A DNA stretch of 64,000 nt from Balanoglossus misakiensis (Eukaryota > Animalia > Hemichordata): the NCBI GenBank assembly GCA_040954595.2, contig CM082581.2, forward strand, positions 14,189,350-14,253,349, written 5' to 3'. Positions 11,595 through 22,500 of the stretch are shown here, in pieces. Positions within the stretch are counted from its first letter, which is position 1; the number at the start of each line of letters is the position of its first letter. The notes beneath the pieces are model-generated. The model made no database searches and had not been told where the DNA came from. It was given only the letters and a program-made list of their open reading frames with translations. Position numbers and translations under genes: made by a program.

Positions 11595-12969
11595 AAGTAT
11601 TAACTGACGGTCTGAGGGATGGGACCCACCCGCACCGGGGATTTTATTTATGTCTATATAACTTACTTGTTTTAAGCCTCAGATAATCCACTGGTCTTCA
11701 TTCAGCCATGGAACATACAAACGCCCACCTCATTGTAGACTACAGTTGCATGGCCCAAATATACCGTACAACTTACCTCGACACACGTGCACACACGCAC
11801 ATACACTCACTCACAACAACGAGCACCTTTCGAAGCATTCAAAGCAGATAAACTTGTTGGTGCCGTGACAAAAATGACCCATGCACCGAGCATGTAGTCA
11901 TGTTGGTTTTAAAAACTTCAATGACATCCACATATAGCATCCGCATTGTGCAAAATCGGTTCGCTGAACTGGCTACCGGCACCAGTCAGAATCGTTGAAA
12001 GTTCTTAATAATTGCCAAAAAAACTTGGCTGATACCGCTTACTTTGACATCATGCTTGTAACATCATAGCATCCACGCGGAACGTACATCATCAGTTCAT
12101 CTGGGCCTTCGATCTGCAAAATGAGGAAACAAATTGAATGCTTATCCATGAACACGAAACCCAATATCAACCGTGGTACATCACAAACGACGACAAAATA
12201 TATTTTAGGGCTTCGCTGACAGACAAGTAGCCTAAAACCTCAGCCTGGCACTATCCACATGAACATATTTTCAAGTTTAGGCCCACAGCCAAGCAGAACA
12301 TTATTTAACTTCGACAAAAATATTTTTTGGCAAAGACTTCACGGACAAACACAAAAAAACTGTTCCAAATGAAGCGTTTCAAAGCTTATTTTGCCATTGT
12401 CTGGTAGTACAAAATTTGCATTCGCTCACACTCGAAAACACGCTGACTACACGTGAACCCGCAGTCAATTCATCGAATCCTCTACAAATTCATCGTAGCC
12501 CCCCTCCCCTTTCCCGAAAAACTGCCTTGTTTGTTTTGTTTTTTAAACTGCCGCCCACCAATAGAGCTATAACACCGACTTGTCTTAATTTAATAAACCG
12601 TACATCTCAAGTTGAGTAACGCGAAAGGGTGGAATTTGTGAATTAAAACGCAGGGAAGCTTTGATTCGAGCTGTCTGACTGTGACGCATCCAATTTTTCA
12701 ATTCTGTGGTGTAAACGTCTGGCTTTTTAGTTGTCCGTAACTCGCCACAGAATAACCCATGTTTCTGGCCAAAAATTGAGTAAATATGTCTACTTCTGTT
12801 ACTTTACTTACCGCGGTCTTCATGAAAACTATCGAGCGGAAAAACTCTGTTTTGGGCAGAGATTTCCTCACCCGCATCTAAACGCGTCTTACGAGCAGCA
12901 GCGTGGCCGTCACTAATGAAAATTCACGGAAGGCTAGACGGAAATTTCCAAGTGGATGTGGTCCAGGTG

Positions 12970-13045
12970 GCTCCAACCAATCAGCAGCCGGTAAACGTTG
13001 CTCTGACGCGTCTCAAGTCACGTCACGTGACTCGCATAAAAAATA
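12970..13045. promoter_or_regulatory. Promoter-like motif cluster (CCAAT, CRE/E-box, A-rich TATA-like)
   Basis: AACCAATCAG (CCAAT 12977-12981), TGACGC at 13004, GTCACGTCACGTGAC at 13017-13031 and CATAAAAAAT at 13035, in a locally CpG-rich stretch. Confidence 0.4.
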
Positions 13046-13307
13046 CTGACACAGTTGCAAAACTGTTGAAATTTCGGATTACTTTTTAGTCGTAGTTTGC
13101 CAGACATTTTGAACATCAAACGATTCCATCATTTCACAGTGACATTTATGACTAAATCTTACTCACCCATATATTACATGAAGTGATTTTATAATAATGA
13201 AGGTGAATGTACGGATTTTATAATTACGATGGTGAAGCTCACTAAACATGTAATTTTCTGTTTCAGTGCGGCTGACCATCCGCAATTTCCTTTCTGAAAC
13301 GAACTCC

Positions 13308-13519
13308 CATGAAAATCATCAAAAAATGACAATTTTTCAACTTTGCGGAATCTCAAAATGTCGTCGATTTTTGAAGAAAAACATGGGTTATAATAGCTCA
13401 TGAAAATCATCAAAAAATGACAATTTTTCGACTTTGCGGAATCTCAAAATATCGTCGATTTTTGTAAAAAAACATGGGTTATAGCTCATGAAAATCATCA
13501 AATCTGACAATTTTCCGAC
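13308..13519. repeat. ~2.4 diverged Sat-A-family copies, same orientation as 8306-8490
   Basis: CATGGGTTATAGCTCATGAAAATCATCAAAAAATGACAATTTTTCGACTTTGCGGAATCTCAAAATATCGTCGATTTTTG repeated; aligns with the reverse complement of Sat-A. Confidence 0.92.
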
Positions 13520-16500
13520 CTCGCCATTTCTTCACATTTCCCACACCAAACAAAGTGGCACAATCGGTTTAGTTCATTTATTTTTATTTATTTATTATGT
13601 AAATAACGGTTTAAATATACATTGTACATTCCATAGAACAGCTAAAAATATATTTTTAATTCTATTCACAATACAGGTGACTTTTATTTGCATATTTGCG
13701 TGTCATCACACAGTAGGAACTATTTTGGTTGGTCTAAGAAAATAAATCAGAAAAGAAAATTCCTTTGAACATCTCAATATGGTTAACATTTTAATCCATG
13801 TAGCTCATTTTTTTGACACGTGGAAAGAATGAAGTCAGGAAAAAAGAACACGAGGTTTTCATAGAAACATGTTCAAAATAAGTGTAGGTTACAGCATACA
13901 CATATTCACACCTGGAATTAAGGGCACCTGTCAATACATAGACGGTTTTCAAAACGAAAATGATCATTTGGCGAGACCTCTGCAAGTCGACCGGAAACAA
14001 CATGCTGAGGTGTCTGTGTACTTTCTCCCACGGGACGAAATAATTTTGTCTTCTGTGGGAGCTTGGATGCAATTATTGAAGTCAGTCCAATACTGCTTCT
14101 GTAAAAAAAATCAGTTTTGAGTGAAAAGTAACCACATATACTTTAAGTTAATTGTAAACCAGAAACACTGTGATTTAAAGGGGCACAATTAATTGCATCA
14201 AAACTTATGCTTCCAATAATCATTGTGCTGCAGACAAATGTGTATTGTTTTCCCCTACAGGAATTCCCTGGGCACTGTATATGCTTTTTTAAGTTCATCG
14301 TCGGTTAGTGGGGAAACACAGGAAATATGAACAAATTATATGAGTGTTTTGAAAGTATGACGTCGAATTTCACAGATTCTGAATCAAATACTATAATCTG
14401 CAGACAGGCTGCATGTATGTGACGCGCTTACCTGTACATCAACTAATCTTTATACGATTACAAGTCCTGAATAACTCTAACAATTCGATGAATTCAGTAT
14501 GAACATCACAACACATTCAATTCAATATTTCACAGAGTAATATGATTGCATTCGAAGCAGTAAAGATGGAAAAAAAATGCAATAAATCCCCGAATACCTG
14601 TTATTGACTTATACAGTCCCGGTAGTTGATTCAAAATGAATACTTACTCATTCAAAGCATGGCCAATATAAATGAAATAGTACCTATTCCATCACGGATG
14701 CTGTAAATATCCTGGAATTGATGATTATATGGAAGGATGTAAATTGATTAAATTATTCTGGACTTTCAATGCCGTCCCCCTGGAGTGTTGTCTCTTTCAA
14801 TCGATTCTTTCGTAAAAAAAACGAGATATGCATTGGGTAGTGGGTGCTTTAAAAAGGCATGCAACAGACATGGATTGGAACGTATTCTTTATATTTAGAA
14901 GATCGACGTGTACTCATTTTCCTAATCCCCCACCTGTCACTAGCCACGAAGGGCAAGTGCCGATGGAGAAATACACGGCATGTGTGTTGTATGCGTGTTC
15001 AGACAATATAGTTTGCAAGTTTCTTCATAAAGAGTTCAGGTGAACTTTTAATATTTTCTTCACTTTTGTATTGGCAGTTACATGGAGGTACATATAAGTC
15101 TAAATGTACTTTTACCACTTTTCCCAAATCCGTACTAAACGTTGACGTATAAAACCGGGCTATATAAGAAAGAACACTAGAGACAACGGATTTAAAATGA
15201 CCGCCATGACTCTCTTCATTACACTTAGAAGGCTGGTTTACAGTAAAGATCACTGAATAATAAATATTTTATAGCCACATCATGAAAAAGTTTCGGACTT
15301 AACTATTAGACGTTTCATTCTATGGGGACTTGCACTTGATGTTTTCCCGCCGCAAATGTGTTTGAAATTCCCCTCTCTTATCTTTTACGTATTTTATTTG
15401 TGATGGTAAATGTCATCTATAGAGAACAGCGAGATAGCATACCACTCCCAGAAGTCCGTTTGTTCGATGATACAACTACATTATGTGTACGTAGAGATTG
15501 AGGGGATAGTTCGGATATTATTTGTTGGATTCCGAGCGCGAGCGTCGGTCTTTGTGACCTGATTTCCAGGATCAAACTTTGCAGCATGCGATGTCATAAG
15601 AAAAGCATAAAAATGACAAAACACGGTAGCAAACAGTTTAAGTATTGCCAAACTAAGAAATCCTGTTGCTATACAAGGTTCGGTTTCTTTTGCATATATC
15701 TGTATCTTTCCCCCGTGGGCCTGTGCCAGTTAATCTCCATGACAACACAATAAACCGTTTGTCGGTGTTATCATTCAACGAGCTTGTATACGGTACATGT
15801 ACTGTCACAACGTTGACCTATCCCATAATTTCCGCTTCTCCTTTTCCCCAATTGTGATAAGCATTTCTTGTGCAAAGTCACACGTAAACTGCCAAAACGA
15901 TAAGCCCTACAAAACAAACCGAAATACAGAATTTCCGAGAAGATAATAAATTCAACACCATAAATGTCAAACCGATGAAACATTTTATTAGTCAGTTTAA
16001 CACGGGCAGTATCTTACAACAAGGATTGAATCGCCACATTTGAAAATACGGTAAAGGCAAATGCTCGCTGACCTGAATGACTGATCATTAAGTGTACATA
16101 CAGCAACAAGGTGTTTCTGGCGTTCGTACGCTGTCAAAATGATAAGAAGTGTGTAGCGCGTGTGAGTGTGAGAGGGGAGAGGTTGTTAGCTAAATTCAAA
16201 AAAGGGCATTTACTATATGATCTGATTCTAAAAAAAAGTAATTCGTTTAAACTTAACTCTTTCTGTCCTTAGCTGTTTACCTTATCGGCCTTTGTCTATT
16301 AAACACACATCATGGCTTGTTGCAATTTTTTACACGAAAACGTAGCTTGAATTAATCATGGATTTATTGATATGTTTCCAAAATAGCGATCATCCGCTCA
16401 TTTTCATACGACACACATGTATTGCATAAAAAATACCTCGAGACAATTAAATGTTTCAGTTAAACATATCCTGGCTTAATCGAACATAGCGTCTTGTTCT

Positions 16501-19500
16501 CGGTGGTTGCAGGCACATTTGAAGTAAAAGGGAATGCGTAAGTGTGGTGGTTAATTTACTGTGTTGATTTTACATGCTTTCACGTGACCTCACTCCGTCT
16601 CTGCGGTTGGTGTTGCGCCCCCTCGAGCTCTGTTTACAGTCTCATCCAACCGTTCTCCCATCTTCTGGAATAACCTCATTATCCACACACGACCGCACGA
16701 GCCCACTGAAGTGCTGGTTGTGTCTTTCTTCATGATCAACACACATGCTTAAAAATCCCTCTGGGCGTTTGTTAGCGTTTTTTTATTGCCGGCTTCTGAA
16801 AATGATCATTCATTCCCGTGGCGAGGTGTTCATTGCGCATGTTGACTCAAACGATTCTTGTTTTGCGACGCTATTACACAGATTGTGGGTCTGTGTTTGG
16901 GAAAAGTGCGTTCGCTGACCCGACAGGCGTGTCAGATGACATCCAATAAGTTTCCTTCATTGTCTGAGATCCTCGGATATGTTTTCTTATTCACACTCCC
17001 GTAGAGTTTATTCAAACGGACAGCACTTGTCCGCTGGAGCCCATTCGTCGTTGGTGGCGCAGTCCAGGTGCAAGTGGGTGCATCCGACCTCAACACTGGA
17101 AAAATGATCTATTCCTTCTGTGTCACTTGCTTGCGGTCCTTTATTTCTATCAATGTCATGTTTCTGTTCTCTGATTTAAAAACGGGGATATCCCGTAAAA
17201 TTGGTTTAGCAATTTACAAATTATGCGTCATGGCACATGCAAAATCTTTGACAAGGAGCCGAAATAACTAACACCATTAACGGGTATCGATGCAATGGCT
17301 CAGAAATGTCAACTTGCCCTTGAGGGACCTCGAATTACGCAACCGAAAAACCTCATATTTTGTGATTTGATGTCTAGATTGGGAGCAATAAAATTATTCA
17401 TGACAATTATTGTGTACCAAAATGATTTATTGAAATTGGGTAAGGTTCTAGTATCTGACATGTCGCATAAGGAAATCAATCTATTAAGATGACCTTGCGG
17501 TCACGTTCAAGGTCATGACAAACAACAGTAACAGATGTGACCAATTTAGGAGATGCACATTTCTGTTAAGGGATGCTGTTCAAAACTCGCGTACCAGGTC
17601 ACCACGTACCCAGGGCCTACAAATCACCAGCTTTCAAACAATAGAGGGCAGTATACATATCTTGGCGTTATACGGGGAAATTTATCATGCGAAATTTATC
17701 TTACTTTTGTCAGTGACGTTAGTAACTTGACTTTAAAATGTACTTTAACAAGGAATTAAAGATCGCAACATCTTTTGATCACAAGTATAAATATGTATCT
17801 ATAATATTTAATAAAGAACTGTATAATTATTTATAATCATGAATTATAGTCGAAATATCTGCTGGACTGTTTGGAATTTAACACTACGACTATAGGGGTA
17901 GAATATTTCTATTGATATTTTGAATCCACACTAATATCAGTTTTTCATTAATCGAACTGAATATATTTTAGATCGCGAAAAAAAATTACCGAGAGTTCTT
18001 TTGACAAGAAAAGCCGATTAGGTCAGTGTGCAAAAATTAGACCCTGGAACAAGACTTCTTTTTCGATTTTGATTTTAAAATTAATTGAAAATCCACAATG
18101 CGGTGTCTTTGTTCTTTTGGTGATTGCACTCTATTAGTCTCTGTTCAAATCAAATACTTCAAATTCGACCCTTTCTGGTTGTATCGTCATATAGGTGAAC
18201 TAATCTATGGTAAACCCTATTTTGAGTTTTACCTATATCCTGACGGCAATGACTAGACAATCGGTGTCCTGAAATCATTGCTGAGTTGACTGGTTAGCAA
18301 AAAATAAAACACAAATTTCACTTGCCTCCTCCTTGCCAAAATTCCGAGAAACAAGGTGTTTTTTTCTCTCTGGCAGAGCAAGAATGACACATCAGAGCGA
18401 GGTGTACAAACGGCTCAGCCTTATTGGACACGAATCAAACTCTCAGCTATTCAATGGCTTCAAGGTTTGCTTGAACACAGAGCAATTAACACGTGAAGTA
18501 TCAATGTGTGAAGTAATTATGTAATTATCAAGTAGTGAAACTCGATAATTTATGCCGTCTACAATGGGAAACTACAATTATGTAGTGGAAAATCGCAGTG
18601 GGGTTATCAGCTGTCATTACGGCTGTTTGTTATCTGACAACAGGACAGTCGACGTGAGAGATTGACAAAAATTGCATCCACGAAAGGATTGTTCAAGACC
18701 TAAACGTCCTTCTCTGATAAAATTATTTTCCTTGAAGTTGGCACTCATGGGTATGAAAAACACGAGAACAATCTTCCACACAACACGTCAAACACATGAC
18801 TGACGCAGTAATAATGGGAAATGTCATGACCCAACCATCGAAAGCATGCCACGCTTTGTCAGTTGGGAGACGATGTCGGTCACTATGGAGAAGCTTTAAT
18901 CCTATTTCACAGATTCAGCACTGTGAATTCAGTGAGATTTGCTAGTACTTACACGAACGTGCTAAATGGGCCAGTAGTTTTTTTCTTTAAAATTGATCGC
19001 TCTATTGAGTGGCATATATTATTGCATAGGTACTACCAATTAGATTGGTCTAACCTTTGACCTCGTGGCTTTTGATGCATATAAGCCATTACACTGATCA
19101 CTATCACTGTTGAATAACTGCAGCACATATTTCATAAATAAAATATAGTTATGACAGTTAGCCGGTTGTATCGTAACATGTCATTGAAAACACAAGCCAA
19201 GCAGAGGGAAAAGCAGGCCCAAGCTGCAATTATCCTATATCGTGATGTATACATACCAGTAGATACCAGTAACTCAAATGCATGCAGGTGCAGATTGTTT
19301 TTCTTGATATCTAATAGTCACAAAATAGTTCCAATTGTGTTATTGTTATATTTATAAACAGGGTTTACGTGACAGGTCTTTATTTTCTGGCACCAGTATG
19401 CAAATTGCCGATACGGCTATAAGTGTCTGTACTCTATAATGTCAGATTTTGTTAAGGATTAGCAGTATAGAAATCTGCGGTCGCTGTTAATTGACAGTGA

Positions 19501-22500
19501 GAACAAACGACGAGACGTTCTTGACATATTGTAAAGCAGGTTCGTTTACAAATAGCCCGCAGGCAAGAAATTTTGAACGCCACTCCGGTGAGAGTGTGTG
19601 CGTGATTTATTGTCTCATACGTGGGATTAATGTGGACGTTTGTGAATAGCAGAGTTTTCCGAATGGGAAACCAAACGTTATCAGAAATCTGGGCAAGCCA
19701 ATCATAGATGAGACAATTGATTCTACAGACAGCAATTCAGCCGTTTACGACATAGGCCATTTCGAAATTAAACTCATTAATAACTGTGCAGTAATGTATC
19801 GCTCCGCCGTTGGCAGGAGTTCTTCAGGCAGTCGGTGATTTTTCCCAAAACCTAGGAATTTCCTTCTGCTTCTTCTGATATTCATAAAAGGAGACCTCTT
19901 CGAATCTATGCATATTTCCGGCAAGTCCTCACAGCCGCAGAAATTCAACCAAAAATGGTGACTTACTGAATTTATCTTGGAAAAATAAATGACTGTGTGC
20001 TATGTTATACTACCTCAAAATTACCTCAAAGATATTAGGAACCACTCAAAGTGTTGGGAGTATGACTCATTTACGCTATTGAATCATGCCTGCCCTTAAT
20101 AAGTAATACAGGGTTGTTTCTTATCGTCCATATGTGAACAATGGTTGAATAATGCACATTGAGATAACATTCCGGTTTGATATGCTTACCCGTTGAATTT
20201 CCAGCAGTAATATGGGTGGAAAAACGCGATATGGAAAACAGTGTCCAAACGGGGACTCGATTATCTTACATTTTAAAGAAACGCTCGGTAAATGTCAGTC
20301 CATGATTCAACGGTGATACGCTTTCCACTGCAGTGTACTGAAAGACTTACCAATATTGAATGGCACGCAAAGAGTATGTGGATGGGAAAGGCGTGTGTTG
20401 CCATCCAATTGGAACATAGTAAACATGAAAGACGAAACCTTAATTATGCATTTGTTATAAATGAATCAGTTTACCGAAGGGTAACACGTGTCAAATAAAT
20501 CGTACCACGATTGATTAACGTCAATGTAGAGACAGTGAACTGCGAGAAGAGTTTAAAGTGTCATATAGACCACGTGATCACACAACGTATTGGGTAGTAA
20601 CGAAAACTAACCGACATCAGTGTATACATGTAAGTACATCACAATGCATTGTCCTTGGGTCAACTTTGAACGAGGAGTAATTACACACACACGCACGCAC
20701 GTAGGTGACAAAAATGCAATTAAAGTTTCTGTCAAAGGGTTTAAAACCGTTACCCTGCATATACGAAATATCAAATCAGTAGCGTGTATACTTTCAAGAC
20801 CGTATGTCTACCTGTGAACTTAATTTTTTTCCCCAAGGTTGCTTCTCACTACATATTGCAGCATTGTGAACAAAAATGCGTTGTTGAGAATCTTTTAGAC
20901 TTCGCACCAGAAGTGTGGATCTCAAAAACATGACAAAAAATATTCGAATTTCATTATCTGTTGAATAAACTAGATCTAAAAGGTTACTAGTGTTGCGCGG
21001 TAGAGGAATGATATGAGCTTAATTTTGCCGAGTCTGCCATATGGTATTATTGTAATTTTGCTGAGAATTGCTCGATGTGACAGTATAGCGTTTCAATAAT
21101 ACAGTGGCAACCAGAGGATAGATGGAACTCTTGCACTTCCGGGTCTCTGTCGCGTGAAGTGACACTATCGCGATTTGTTCATCTTTACAATATACCATCT
21201 GTGCACATACTTAATCGTAATGCACATCAATTCCGACTCAATCTCTGTGGCAGAACTGCAAACAGCGAAAGAAGCAAAATAAAATCACGATTTGCGTGCC
21301 TGTCGCACAGGTCGACAATCTGGCTGTCGCGCTTGTCCTACTGTCCAACACGTTTCTGGAAATCAAAATGGCAATGCAACAACGCCAGAAAGTAGTAATC
21401 TTCCTAATAAGTATTTATAATTTTGGCTACCTGGATACCGAAGAGCAAGAAAAGTTGCTTGACATGTTTAACCACAGTGACTGTGGTTTACCCCAATGAA
21501 ATTTGCACAAACACGTATTGCAGGTACGTGGTGTTGCCATGTTAATAAACATTTGAGACGTTTATTGCTTGCAGTCTGTGCACAGGGTAATACCGGTGGA
21601 ATTTCAATGTGCAGTGATAGAAAATAAATTGCATGCAGTTGACTCTTGCTAGACTGTTGCCAGTCTGACTGTCCGGTTGTGTTATTGTCAATCGCATCTT
21701 GCAAGACCAGACTAGATAGGAGAACAAATTTTGGCAGAGGAAGCTGCCTCGTCATAATAAGGATATGCCTAGAAGTAAACAGTAGGGGATTACCATGTTT
21801 GATCAATTAATACAAGTTCCCCAACTGTACACCTAACATGTGATCCTAATCTCATATAAAGCCACCTTCACCAGTCAACCAGCTCCCGTTTTGTAAATAC
21901 TTGTATAATTGCTCATTGACGTGCTAAAGGTGCATGTAAACAATCACCCTTATTTTACATGTACATAATGCCCGTATATGGTTAAAGCCTGCAGTGAATG
22001 TTTTCTTTTGCCAGATGACTGAGAAATTGTGTTCACCGCAGTAGGTCTAACATGCTAAACACACAATAATGAATTTTATTCATACTTGAAAGATGATTGC
22101 GATAACGGGGATAATTATCTCATGCCGGGTCTCCTATCTACATATAGATGACTTGGCTATCACGTCGCTTGACCTCCTCAATACTGGCTTGATGGAGATG
22201 AGATAAAAACATTGGCGCCAAGCGCAGGCTTTTCTGGTGTCGACTTTGACATGTTCCGCGTGTTAGCAATTTTACAGCTGTTTGTTTTATGAATTTTAAT
22301 AGAAAGAGTAATCAAAATAACATGAAGAAAAGTGAATGGTTGGAGTAAATTTCATGCTTCTTCAGAATGTAAAAATCCACTCTCAATGTTTGATTGTAGA
22401 AAGTTGGCACTCGTTTTCAGTTTTTATAATCCTTGCACCCACTTCTCGCCAAATAAGGTTTATGTTAGCGCATATAACAGTTGGCAGTCTATACACTTCG

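Larger units (their letters stand above)
9923..12900 (-). ncRNA. Putative spliced non-coding transcript (small-RNA host-like)
   Basis: Minus-strand exon-like segments with polypyrimidine-CAG acceptors and/or GT donors: donor CG|GTAAGT at 12812; exon 12043-12113 (ttttgcag..|gtaagc); donor GAG|GTAAGT at 11777; exons 10695-10750 and 10526-10579 (weaker gtgact donors); exon 10260-10339 (ttccag..|gtaaga, stops in all 3 frames); acceptor at 10012. No consistent reading frame. Transcription is inferred, not shown. Confidence 0.4.

Noticed and set aside
11701-11760. U6 snRNA resemblance (GGAACATAC...GCATGGCCC)
   Set aside because: Lacks the ACAGAGA box, the 5' stem-loop and the 3' end; the spacing is wrong.
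17010-17027. RE1/NRSE half site ACGGACAGCAC near a neuronal gene
   Set aside because: The left half (TTCAGCACC) is missing, so the match is not significant.
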